From: Thermococcus kodakarensis KOD1
Lineage (GTDB): Archaea; Methanobacteriota_B; Thermococci; Thermococcales; Thermococcaceae
Direction of reading: 5' to 3'
Assembly: GCF_000009965.1 (NCBI RefSeq)
Contig: NC_006624.1
Coordinates: forward strand, 2,056,738-2,088,737
DNA length: 32,000 nt
Shown here: piece after piece, positions 1 to 8,093 of the stretch
Position numbering within the stretch: the first letter of the stretch is position 1
How the letters are laid out: every line of letters begins with the position of its first letter
Program-made: the position numbers and the translations under genes
The notes under the pieces: generated by a model
Told to the model about the DNA's origin: nothing
What the model saw: only the letters and a program-made list of their open reading frames with translations
Databases searched by the model: none

Positions 1-90
1 CTTTGAGGCGAAGGCTATTGTCGCGAGCTGGGTCTTATCCCCGAGCTCCGCCAGAAAAATAGAAACGAAGACGGCAAGCAGGTTTTCCAT
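1..90 (-). CDS. UPF0016/GDT1-family membrane protein, N-terminal fragment (gene continues past the left edge)
   Basis: Absent from the ORF track because it is truncated. The reverse complement of 1-90 starts at ATG (90-88) and reads MENLLAVFVSIFLAELGDKTQLATIAFASK. This is a hydrophobic helix carrying the E-x-G-D-K-T signature of the UPF0016/GDT1 family. Confidence 0.55.
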   Translation of the reverse strand, partial: MENLLAVFVSIFLAELGDKTQLATIAFASK

Positions 91-99
91 GGAACCACC

Positions 100-1278
100 T
101 CACAGCTTCGAGAGGGCCTCTTTCATTCTCTCCATGGCCTCTATGAGCTTTTCCTTCTCTGTGGCGTAGCTTATCCTTATCCAGCCCTCGCCCTGCCTTC
201 CAAAGGCAGTTCCAGGGATAACCACAACTCCAGCGTTCTCAAGGAGCCACTCGGCGAAGTCTTCGCTGGTCATATCGAGCTCCGGATCAATCTTGGCCCA
301 GATGTAGAAAGCTCCCTTCGGTCTGAAAGGTGTTATGTGCGGCATATCGTTGAGGTACTTGAGGACGAGCTTTCTCCTCTCGTCGTACACCTGCCTCATC
401 CTTTCGACGGCTTCCCAGCTCCTCTTGTCGCGCAGGGCCGTTATGCCCGCTATCTGGATGAAGGACGTAACGTTGCCGATGACATAAGCGTGGAGCTTTA
501 TCATATCGCGGATGACCTGCTCAGGCGCTATGGCGAAGCCGAGGCGCCAGCCCGTCATGGCGAAGGTCTTCGAGAAGCTGTTGGCGAGTATCGTGTTGTC
601 CGGGGCGTACTTTATCATTGGGTGGTGTCTGGCTCCCTCGTAGAGGAAGTGTTCATAGGGCTCGTCGCTGAGGATGTAGATGTTGTAGTCCTGGGCTATA
701 TCGGCTATAGCCTTCGCAACGTCCTTCTTCATTATAGCTCCCGTCGGGTTGTTTGGGTAGTTCATGACTATCATTCTTGTCCTCTTTGTTATCGCCTCAA
801 GGAGCTCGTCAGGGTCAATGCGGAACTTGTTCTCCTCCCTGAGCGGGATGCGGATTATCCCTGCCTCGGCTATTTTGGCATCTTCGACGTAGCAGACAAA
901 GGCCGGGTCGGGGATTATCACGTCGTCGCCCTGTTCCAGGATGCTCTCGAAGGCGAGGTAAGTAGCCTCGTACGCACCCGCGGTGACTATTATGTTGTTC
1001 ATATCAACATCAACGTTGTAGAACTCCTTATAGTACTCGGCGATGGCCTCCCTAAACTCAGGGATGCCTGCGTTGGGGGTGTAATGAGTGTAGCCTTCAT
1101 CAATCGCCCTCTTGGCGGCTTCTTTTATGACCTCGGGCGTGTCAAAATCTGGCTCGCCGATGCCGAGTGAGATGACGTTTTCCATCTTGGAAGCCTTCTC
1201 AAAAAGCTCCCTTATCTTCGACCTCTGGAGGATGTTTATCCTGCCGGCCATGAAGTACTTTCTCTTCTTATACCTCAT
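100..1278 (-). CDS. PLP-dependent class I/II aminotransferase (aspartate/aromatic type)
   Basis: 392-aa ORF. It has the GEPDF motif, NPTG, and SFSKTFAMTGWRLG with the PLP lysine, and ends in a typical ...RISYA tail. A TATA-like TTTATATA sits on the minus strand near 1318-1325. An alternative start is at 1251. Confidence 0.85.
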   Translation of the reverse strand: MRYKKRKYFMAGRINILQRSKIRELFEKASKMENVISLGIGEPDFDTPEVIKEAAKRAIDEGYTHYTPNAGIPEFREAIAEYYKEFYNVDVDMNNIIVTAGAYEATYLAFESILEQGDDVIIPDPAFVCYVEDAKIAEAGIIRIPLREENKFRIDPDELLEAITKRTRMIVMNYPNNPTGAIMKKDVAKAIADIAQDYNIYILSDEPYEHFLYEGARHHPMIKYAPDNTILANSFSKTFAMTGWRLGFAIAPEQVIRDMIKLHAYVIGNVTSFIQIAGITALRDKRSWEAVERMRQVYDERRKLVLKYLNDMPHITPFRPKGAFYIWAKIDPELDMTSEDFAEWLLENAGVVVIPGTAFGRQGEGWIRISYATEKEKLIEAMERMKEALSKL

Positions 1279-1364
1279 CGATGTTCCCCCCGGGCAGTTC
1301 GGGAATGATAAAGGCAGTTATATAAACCTATCCAATAGAATCGCCAAAAATGTTGTAAAAACCC

Positions 1365-1778
1365 CTATAAAACTTCGACTAAGGCGCTTTTTTCAAAGAA
1401 TCTTTTCACTTCCTCATCGGAACAGTCCTTGATTTCGATCTCTTCGAGACCAAGGCTTCTTAGAATCTCTTCTGCCTCCGAGTTGTCCCCAAACACTACG
1501 AGGTAGTTGGGGCCGTTTTTGGCTCCTACCTCTTTTATTGCTTCCCTTATCTGGTGGGTTCCAGCCAAGCGGAGGAGCAGCTCCCCCCCAAGAGTTTTTG
1601 CGTGGGGGGTGCCCCTTTTTACTGCCCTCTCAGCGAGTACTGCCGCGAAGGCCACCGCTCTCCAGCACTCAACGCTAACTAGTTGCACATTCGAACCTAA
1701 GTAACCGAGTATATCATCAACATTGTGTACATCGACTCTCGCTATATGTATGCTTTTGGTTACGGGGATCACCCTCAA
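1365..1778 (-). CDS. cgi121: KEOPS complex subunit Cgi121-like protein
   Basis: 137-aa ORF. Size and the central AKTLGGELLLRLAGTHQIREAI block resemble archaeal Cgi121. The ORF-track start is TTG at 1778. GTG at 1772 has better spacing from the AGGTGA Shine-Dalgarno (SD) sequence. Family assignment is from memory of the motif only. Confidence 0.55.
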   Translation of the reverse strand: MRVIPVTKSIHIARVDVHNVDDILGYLGSNVQLVSVECWRAVAFAAVLAERAVKRGTPHAKTLGGELLLRLAGTHQIREAIKEVGAKNGPNYLVVFGDNSEAEEILRSLGLEEIEIKDCSDEEVKRFFEKSALVEVL

Positions 1779-1932
1779 TCACCTGTCTCATCGTTCAGAA
1801 ATGGGCCTTAAAAGAGTTCTTCAAAAAATTTTTGAAAATCATAATATCAAAATATTAAAATTAAGCCACAAAGTATTTAACTACTTAAATCATTAACTAA
1901 TTCAGCGGCCTGGTGAACTGGGTGGTGCAGGG

Positions 1933-2124
1933 ATGAGCAGAATGAGGATCATCAGCGTCCAGCTCCCGCAGGGGCTAATAAACGCCATGGATCAGCTCGT
2001 CAAAAAAGGCGTTTATCCGAACAGGAGTGAGGTCATTCGTGAGGCCATCCGCGAACTTCTGAAAAAGGAACTGTACCGCCTGGAGACTGAAGAACGCTCA
2101 ACGCCGGACTACATCATCAAATAA
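1933..2124 (+). CDS. cdrS: Ribbon-helix-helix (CopG-type) DNA-binding protein, CdrS-like by position upstream of ftsZ
   Basis: 63 aa. RHH pattern RIISVQLPQGLINAMDQLVKKGVYPNRSEVIREAIRELL, with a GGTGGTG SD before the ATG. It lies 58 nt upstream of ftsZ on the same strand, the arrangement described for CdrS-FtsZ2 in Haloarchaea. Confidence 0.65.
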   Translation: MSRMRIISVQLPQGLINAMDQLVKKGVYPNRSEVIREAIRELLKKELYRLETEERSTPDYIIK

Positions 2125-2182
2125 GTGCTAAAATTAGTGATAAAATAATGTTGGAATCTCCGATGGGAGAGGGGGTTGGAAA

Positions 2183-3424
2183 ATGGTGTTTAAACTGCTC
2201 GAGCAGGCGGGGATAAAAATAGACCTGGACGATGAGCCAAAAAAAGTTCAAACTGCACCTCAGTTCGATGACGACGATGAGAACGAAATAAGGATAGTTA
2301 TAGTGGGCGTCGGTGGCTCTGGAAACAACACTATAACAAGGCTTTACGATCTCGGTGTTCAGGGTGCCGAGCTTATTGCCATGAACACAGACGCGCAGGC
2401 CCTCAAGCACGCCAAAGCTCACAAGAAACTCCTCCTTGGAAAGGATCTGACCCAGGGAAAGGGTTCTGGCGGCGATCCAGAAGTTGGATACCGTGCCGCA
2501 GAGGCGAGTGCACATGAGATAGCCGAGACAATTGGGGACGCTGACCTGGTATTCATAACGGCCGGAATGGGTAACGGAACTGGTACAGGTGCCGCTCCCG
2601 TCGTTGCCAGGGTTATAAAGGAGCGCGCCCGCCACAACGGCCGCTTTAGAGAGCCTCTCGTCATAAGCGTTGTTACCTACCCGTTTAAGAACGAAGGAAA
2701 GATCAGGGAAGAGAAAGCCAAAGCTGGAATAAAGGCCCTCCTGTACTATTCGGACACAGTCGTAATAATTGAGAACGACAAGCTCCTCCAGCTCGTCCCC
2801 AAGCTTCCGATCAACGCGGCATTCCGCTTTGCGGATGAGATTATAGCCAGGATGGTCAAGGGCATAACCGAAACTATAAAGCTCCCGTCCATGGTGAACA
2901 TAGACTTCGCCGACGTTTACAGCATAATGCACAACGGCGGTGCTGCCCTCATAGGTATCGGTGAAAGCGACTCAAGCAACAGGGCCGTTGACGCCGTCAA
3001 GAACGCTCTCCAGAACAAGCTCCTCGACGTGGAGTACGGCAGTGGAGAGAAGGCACTCGTCCACTTCACAGTTGGTCCCGACGTCAGCCTCGGTGAAATC
3101 AACGAGGCCATGAACATCGTCTATGAGAAGCTTGGCGAAAAGAGCGAAATCAAGTGGGGTGCCAGGATAGACGAGGACATGGGTAAGATGGTCCGCGCCA
3201 TGGTCATAATGACCGGCGTCAAGAGCCCGCACATCCTCGGCGGTGAAACAGCCCTCCAGCTCCCAGTGAAGGAGTCCCTGCTCCCAGCTGAGCCAAAAGC
3301 AGGATTCAACTCCTTTGAGGACAAGATATACAAGGTGATATCTCGCAAGTCCGACGAAAAGCCGGGAAGTGACATGAGGGGATACATAAACAAGCTCCTG
3401 GCCGATTTCGACGATCTCAGCTGA
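2183..3424 (+). CDS. ftsZ: Cell division GTPase FtsZ (FtsZ2-type by context)
   Basis: 413 aa. Tubulin/FtsZ signatures GVGGSGNN and [15 protein letters not shown], plus a T7-loop region NIDFADV. Confidence 0.95.
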   Translation: MVFKLLEQAGIKIDLDDEPKKVQTAPQFDDDDENEIRIVIVGVGGSGNNTITRLYDLGVQGAELIAMNTDAQALKHAKAHKKLLLGKDLTQGKGSGGDPEVGYRAAEASAHEIAETIGDADLVFITAGMGNGTGTGAAPVVARVIKERARHNGRFREPLVISVVTYPFKNEGKIREEKAKAGIKALLYYSDTVVIIENDKLLQLVPKLPINAAFRFADEIIARMVKGITETIKLPSMVNIDFADVYSIMHNGGAALIGIGESDSSNRAVDAVKNALQNKLLDVEYGSGEKALVHFTVGPDVSLGEINEAMNIVYEKLGEKSEIKWGARIDEDMGKMVRAMVIMTGVKSPHILGGETALQLPVKESLLPAEPKAGFNSFEDKIYKVISRKSDEKPGSDMRGYINKLLADFDDLS

Positions 3425-3450
3425 CTTTTATTCCTTTTAGGGTGAAACCG

Positions 3451-4221
3451 ATGGCAGTCGTAATCAGCGTTGCCAATCAGAAGGGGGGAGTGGGCAAGAC
3501 AACGCTCACGATGAACCTCGGCTTCGCCCTTTCCGAGATGGGCAAGAGGGTTCTCCTGGTTGACGTTGACCCCCAGTTCAACCTCACCTTTGGTCTAATC
3601 GGGATGAAGGTTCTTGAGCACTCCAGCAGGAACGTTGGAACGCTGATGACAAGGGAAAGCGAGATTGAGGAGACCATTGTCCCTGTCAAGGAGAACCTTG
3701 ATCTCATTCCAAGCCATTTGAACCTATCGGCCAAGGAGATCGAGATAATAAACGCCTACAACCGTGAGAGACGACTTGAAAAGGCCCTTATCCCGGTACT
3801 CCCAGACTACGACTACGTCCTCATTGACAACCCGCCCAGCATGGGAATATTCCTCGTGAATTCTCTCACCGCGTCGGACTACGTTCTGATACCGCTCGAG
3901 CTTAGCTACTTCGGAGTAATCGGCATGCAGCTCATGTTCAACCTGATGAGAATGATCAGGGAGGAGACCAACGAGAACCTCAAGCTCCTCGGCCTCGTTC
4001 CCAATAAGTTTACCAAGCAAACAAAAGTCCCGAAGATGCGCCTCAAGGAGCTGAAGGAGGCCTATCCAGACGCTCCAATACTGACCACGATACCAAAGGC
4101 CATAGCCCTAGAAAAGGCCCAGAGTGAGGGTAAGAGCATATTTGAGTTTGAGCCGAACGGTAGGGCTTCTAAGGCCTTCCAAAAGCTTGCCAAAGAGGTG
4201 GTTGAAATTGTCGAAGGATAA
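3451..4221 (+). CDS. ParA/Soj-type deviant Walker-A ATPase
   Basis: VANQKGGVGKTTLTMNLGFALSEMGKRVLLVDVDPQFNLT is a Soj/ParA-like N-terminus (KGGxGKT, DxDPQ). ATG 3451 is preferred over GTG 3442 because GGGTGA lies just upstream. Confidence 0.9.
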   Translation: MAVVISVANQKGGVGKTTLTMNLGFALSEMGKRVLLVDVDPQFNLTFGLIGMKVLEHSSRNVGTLMTRESEIEETIVPVKENLDLIPSHLNLSAKEIEIINAYNRERRLEKALIPVLPDYDYVLIDNPPSMGIFLVNSLTASDYVLIPLELSYFGVIGMQLMFNLMRMIREETNENLKLLGLVPNKFTKQTKVPKMRLKELKEAYPDAPILTTIPKAIALEKAQSEGKSIFEFEPNGRASKAFQKLAKEVVEIVEG

Positions 4222-4534
4222 ACTCCCGAGGCTTTTTGACGGCTCAATAAACGAGTTGACCCGCCCTTCTAAGCCCAAGAAAGAGAAAACCACCGATTTG
4301 AAGAAGGATAAAATGCAGAAGACTCTCTACATCACCAAAGATATGAACAGAAAGCTCATCGAGCTCTACGGTGAGGAGGGGAGGAGACAGAGCATAATAG
4401 TCGAGGATGCGGTCAACCTGTACTACTACCTCAAGCGGGCCCTCGGCGAGAAGAAGTTCGAGGAGCTAATGAGCGCGGTCAAAAGGGAAGACCCCGAATT
4501 CCTTCGCGATTATCTGAGCAGGTTTAAGCTCTAA
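4208..4534 (+). CDS. Small basic-tailed ribbon-helix-helix protein, candidate ParA partner (ParG/SegB-like)
   Basis: This is the C-terminal part of track ORF 4124-4534. The RHH-like pattern is KTLYITKDMNRKLIELYGEEGRRQSIIVEDAVNLYYYLKRAL, preceded by a Lys-rich tail RPSKPKKEKTTDLKKDK. TTG 4208 lies 6 nt after a strong GAGGTGG SD (4195-4201) and overlaps the parA stop, giving 108 aa. The conservative alternative start is ATG 4313, giving 73 aa. Confidence 0.55.
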   Translation: MSKDKLPRLFDGSINELTRPSKPKKEKTTDLKKDKMQKTLYITKDMNRKLIELYGEEGRRQSIIVEDAVNLYYYLKRALGEKKFEELMSAVKREDPEFLRDYLSRFKL

Positions 4535-4619
4535 TCAGACGCTTCAATTTAGAGGTTTAATAAAACTCTTTAAAATCAAACCCTGAAAATCACTAAACTG
4601 CTGAAATCAGGGAGTTCAA

Positions 4620-5069
4620 TCATTCACAGAAGGTTTCCACAATCCTTTGGATTATTTTGCTCGTCTTCGCCCTGTCGCTCTTGTAGAGGTAGGGTATCCG
4701 TATCACTTCGGCGTTTATCCCGTGCTTTCTCAGTTCCTCCTTCAGCTTTTCACAGTTGAAGAACTGGTCTGGGCCGATTGCTATGACGTCAGGGTCTATT
4801 CTCTTCACTAGCTCCATGTCTATCGTCCCGGGCGTTCCTATGTAAACTTCATCCACATACCTTATCGCCCTTAGAAGTTCGGCCCTGTCTTCTGCTGGGT
4901 TTATGGGCTCTCTCCTCTTCTGCATCCTCACGGTCTCGTCGTGTGCAACTATAACGACCAGCTCGTCACCAAGCTCCTTGGCCTGCTTCAAAAAATGGAT
5001 GTGGCCGACGTGGAGGATGTCAAAGACTCCCCCAACTAGGACCCTGATCTTCTTCCGCTTCTCTTCCAT
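4620..5069 (-). CDS. ribL: Archaeal FAD synthase (FMN adenylyltransferase, RibL; cytidylyltransferase fold)
   Basis: 149 aa. [15 protein letters not shown] is the nucleotidyltransferase HxGH motif. Size and layout are typical of RibL. Confidence 0.8.
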   Translation of the reverse strand: MEEKRKKIRVLVGGVFDILHVGHIHFLKQAKELGDELVVIVAHDETVRMQKRREPINPAEDRAELLRAIRYVDEVYIGTPGTIDMELVKRIDPDVIAIGPDQFFNCEKLKEELRKHGINAEVIRIPYLYKSDRAKTSKIIQRIVETFCE

Positions 5070-5070
5070 T

Positions 5071-5592
5071 TCATCCCACCGTGACCTGCCAGATTTTATC
5101 CTTCGCGTGGTGGATGTTCTTCACGGCCTTGCCCTTTGGCTTCTCCTTCATCTTCCTGCCGTCCATGAGGGCTATCCCTATCGCCAGGGGCCTTCCGTAG
5201 TTCTCCTCGACCACGAAGACGAAGTCGCCCTCGTTGATGTTCTCGTCTGCGTCAACTATGCCAGCCGCCATAACGTCGGCACCGTTCAGGATGTATGGAA
5301 CTGCGCCCTCATCCACAACGACCCTCCTCGGCCACTTCCTCAGGTCTTCTTCGTTAGAGAGCTCGTAGAGCGCTATGACGAGGGGAAAAACAAGCTCCTT
5401 TCTCCTTATGAAGAAGGGCTTCCCGTTCACGAGGAGAATTTCGGTGGTCTTGTCGAACTCAGCCACTTCCACCCTGTCCTTCTTGTTCAGCATTTTCTTC
5501 GCTATCTCCTCGCCGAAGATCTCGCTCATCTCGCGGATTATCTCCTTTATTTCCTTCTTGCTGAGGGGGTGTTTGACTTTCAACTCCATCAA
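5071..5592 (-). CDS. PUA-domain RNA-binding protein (MCT-1/Tma20-like)
   Basis: 173 aa. The C-terminal half ([22 protein letters not shown]...GDFVFVV...GRPLAIGIA) fits a PUA domain. The start overlaps the pyrF stop by 4 nt. Confidence 0.7.
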   Translation of the reverse strand: MMELKVKHPLSKKEIKEIIREMSEIFGEEIAKKMLNKKDRVEVAEFDKTTEILLVNGKPFFIRRKELVFPLVIALYELSNEEDLRKWPRRVVVDEGAVPYILNGADVMAAGIVDADENINEGDFVFVVEENYGRPLAIGIALMDGRKMKEKPKGKAVKNIHHAKDKIWQVTVG

Positions 5593-6230
5593 ACCACCTC
5601 CAGAATTTCCTCATAGAGTCTCCTTGCTGCCTCGCGCGGGTTATTACTGCCGTAGATCGAGCGCCCGACTATCACGTAGTCAGCACCGGCCTTGATGGCA
5701 TCACTGGCTTTCCCACCCTGGGCACCCACTCCGGGAGTCAAAATCCTTATCCCCCTCTCGAGCCTTGAACGGATGTACGAGACCCGCTCCGGCCTGGTCG
5801 CAGGAGCTATTACGCCGAAGGGTTCCAGCTCGTTTGCAAGTTCGATCAGCTTGTCGGTGACGGGCTGAATGAACTCTTTAGCTCCGGGATGGCTCATCTC
5901 GACAACGATGATCGTTTTTCCAAGCTCCATAACGGCCTCAACGCTGTCCCTGCCTACGAAGCCGTGGGCAATTATGTAGTCTGCCCCAGCCTCGAATACT
6001 TTACTCGCTATCAGTCTGTTCGTGTTGGGGATATCAGCGAGTTTGAGGTCGGCTATTATCGGAAGCCCTGTGACCTGCTTGAGCTCGGTGATTATCTTCA
6101 ATCCGGAACCGATGATGAGGGGCCAGTTTACCTTAATTGCCCAGAGGTAATCTGCTGTGCACTCCGCTATCTCAAGTGCCCTCTCCCTATCATAAACGTC
6201 GAGCGCCAGAATGAGCCTGCTCTCCTCCAT
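5589..6230 (-). CDS. pyrF: Orotidine 5'-phosphate decarboxylase
   Basis: 213 aa. LILALDV, the KVNWPLI region, ADLKLADIPNT and the C-terminal GADYVIVGRSI are OMP decarboxylase motifs. Confidence 0.92.
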   Translation of the reverse strand: MEESRLILALDVYDRERALEIAECTADYLWAIKVNWPLIIGSGLKIITELKQVTGLPIIADLKLADIPNTNRLIASKVFEAGADYIIAHGFVGRDSVEAVMELGKTIIVVEMSHPGAKEFIQPVTDKLIELANELEPFGVIAPATRPERVSYIRSRLERGIRILTPGVGAQGGKASDAIKAGADYVIVGRSIYGSNNPREAARRLYEEILEVV

Positions 6231-6234
6231 CTCC

Positions 6235-6837
6235 TCACCTCACGAGAGACTTGAGTTCTTCGGGGATTTCGTCATTCTTTAAGGTCAGGGCAACGTGATA
6301 GGCGCTCTTCATGGCATCTGACGGGTTTTCTGCCCATGTCACGACGATTAGGTCTCCATCTGAGAAGTTCAGGACTTCCTCAATGTTCATTGCAAGTTCT
6401 TCCATTGTATCTCTCAGCGGCCTCTCGTCCTCGGGGAAGACAGGTTCTCCGTTTTTAACGATCAGTATCATGGCCCCCTTTGCGAAGAACCTTATTGCCT
6501 CGTCCCTCAGCTCGATGCTCTTGAACTGAGGCGGGTTTTTAACGACGATAGCATAGGCGGGCATTCCATCGACTTTCCCAACGAAGTGTGCCTCCGAGAA
6601 TAGCCCCTTAAGCCTCTCAAGGAGTTTTTTCCCTGTTTTGCTTAGAAAGTGCCCACGCTGGGCCGAATCTATGACATCAATCCAGTTGAGCTTTTTGAGT
6701 AGAGTCCTGACGCTGCCTTCGCCGATGTCGAGAGTTTCGGCGATTGCCTTTCTCCCAATCGGTTCCCTCAGAAGAAAAATCGTTGCAATGACGTCTTCAA
6801 GAGTAAACTCGGGATAAGCTCCCCTCTTCCAGCTCAT
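6235..6837 (-). CDS. Winged-HTH protein with an uncharacterized C-terminal domain (putative transcription regulator)
   Basis: 200 aa. The N-terminal IGRKAIAETLDIGEGSVRTLLKKL is HTH-like. I do not confidently recognise the C-terminal ~110 aa. It is the first gene of a tight minus-strand operon with pyrF. A TTTTTTAATAAC TATA-like element lies upstream on the minus strand. Confidence 0.5.
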   Translation of the reverse strand: MSWKRGAYPEFTLEDVIATIFLLREPIGRKAIAETLDIGEGSVRTLLKKLNWIDVIDSAQRGHFLSKTGKKLLERLKGLFSEAHFVGKVDGMPAYAIVVKNPPQFKSIELRDEAIRFFAKGAMILIVKNGEPVFPEDERPLRDTMEELAMNIEEVLNFSDGDLIVVTWAENPSDAMKSAYHVALTLKNDEIPEELKSLVR

Positions 6838-6902
6838 TGGTTTCCCTCCAGAAGAAGTGGGAGGAAGTTATTAAAAAAGTTGCCGAAAGGGAGAAAAAGC
6901 CC

Positions 6903-8051
6903 TCAGAGCCACCTGGGCTTCAGCCCGGCCCACATCCTCATCTTCTCGTGGGCGATTATCCTCGGTATGTTCCTGGCCTCCTTAGGTCCGGGGTTCTTCA
7001 TGTAGAAGGCGTTGACCTCGTAGACGGTTCCGAACTCCTTCTTCTCGATAGCTATCTTTCCGAGCCTGACGAGGTCAACGAGCAGGCCAGCGAGGGCAGG
7101 GCTGTCGTTTATCCTGCCGGTGATGACGAGCTCGTCGTGGGCACCGTTGAAGCTGACGTACTCGATGTGCATGGCTATGAACTTCTTGTCGCCGAGCGGT
7201 TCGAGGAAGCCGGTCGGCTTGATGTAGTGCGGGGCGTTGTAGCCGAGCAGGTCCTCAACGACCGAGCTCTTGGTGAACTCCTTGCTTCTGTTCCTCTCCT
7301 CATCGGTTAAAGCCAGGAAGTCCTGGTTTCCACCTATGTTGAACTGGGCTATGTCGAGGACGTAGCGGTTCCTCTGGGCGAGGTGGCTGAGAATGTCTGC
7401 GGTAAGCGGTGTTGCACCTGTTGCACCGTCGTCACCGAAGATAACTAGGTTGCTCTCCTTCGCAAGCTCAACGAAGACCGGGTCGTTCGCTATGAGGGTT
7501 GGAATGGCATTGACGAAGGCCGCTCCACCGACTTCCTTGGCATACTTGGCGGCTGCATACACGTAGAACTGTGTCGCTGTGAGCCTCTCCTTGTTGTTCT
7601 CCTCGATGGCCTTCTCAAGCTCCTCCCTGCTCTCGAACGGGACGAATGCCTCTGTTGTGCAGACGTTCACGAAAACATCAGGCTTAAGCTCCTTCCACTC
7701 GTTAACGAGGTGGTCAACAGCCTCCTTAAGCGTCATCTCGTCGTCGAGGCCGGTAGGGGTGAGCGGAAGGTTCCTGAGGCTTCCGAGGTGGACGCCCTTC
7801 CTTATGGTTATTCCCCTGAGGCTCTCCGGGGCATCGGGGTCGTAGCTCTTAACGACTTCATAGAGGTCCTTTCCAACCTTGTTGGAGTCAACGTCGTATG
7901 AACCCACGATCTCGATGTCCTTTATCTTAATCGGAAGCTCATCTGCCAGCGGGACTCCGTAGGGCTCCATCTTCCCTGCCTTTATCTTCTCAAGCCCGCT
8001 CGCGAAGATGCTGGCAACGTATCCCTGTCCGAGTATGACAACCCTCACCAT
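6903..8051 (-). CDS. myo-Inositol-1-phosphate synthase (archaeal MIPS)
   Basis: 382 aa. It has an N-terminal Rossmann motif VVILGQGYVAS. Size and overall pattern match archaeal MIPS, and it is adjacent to IPCT/DIPPS. Confidence 0.85.
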   Translation of the reverse strand: MVRVVILGQGYVASIFASGLEKIKAGKMEPYGVPLADELPIKIKDIEIVGSYDVDSNKVGKDLYEVVKSYDPDAPESLRGITIRKGVHLGSLRNLPLTPTGLDDEMTLKEAVDHLVNEWKELKPDVFVNVCTTEAFVPFESREELEKAIEENNKERLTATQFYVYAAAKYAKEVGGAAFVNAIPTLIANDPVFVELAKESNLVIFGDDGATGATPLTADILSHLAQRNRYVLDIAQFNIGGNQDFLALTDEERNRSKEFTKSSVVEDLLGYNAPHYIKPTGFLEPLGDKKFIAMHIEYVSFNGAHDELVITGRINDSPALAGLLVDLVRLGKIAIEKKEFGTVYEVNAFYMKNPGPKEARNIPRIIAHEKMRMWAGLKPRWL

Positions 8052-8072
8052 CTTCCTTCACCTCCTTTAGTG

Positions 8073-8090
8073 CTGTAAGATATTTTACAG
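8073..8090 (-). promoter_or_regulatory. Inverted repeat CTGTAA-N6-TTACAG between the IPCT/DIPPS stop and the MIPS start
   Basis: 6-bp arms. It sits between a TATA-like TATTTAAC (minus strand, overlapping the upstream stop codon) and the AAGGAGGTG SD of the MIPS gene. Confidence 0.4.
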
Positions 8091-8093
8091 TAG

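Noticed and set aside
337-1170. A 277-aa plus-strand ORF opposite the aminotransferase, and similar shadow ORFs at 2117-2932, 4903-5616, 14554-15099, 23329-24096, 25557-26306 and 27403-27816
   Set aside because: Each lies fully inside a gene with clear family motifs on the other strand. None has an SD or promoter of its own, and all have odd amino-acid composition.
1821-1835. The palindrome TCAAAAA-A-TTTTTGA in the cgi121/cdrS divergent region
   Set aside because: It is a homopolymeric A/T run in a largely AT-rich spacer. Such low-complexity symmetry arises easily, and I have no second copy or known motif to support an operator call.
4124-4207. The ORF-track start of the small RHH protein, 98 nt inside parA
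   Set aside because: It would require a long out-of-frame overlap with parA. TTG 4208 (with an SD) or ATG 4313 are more plausible starts.
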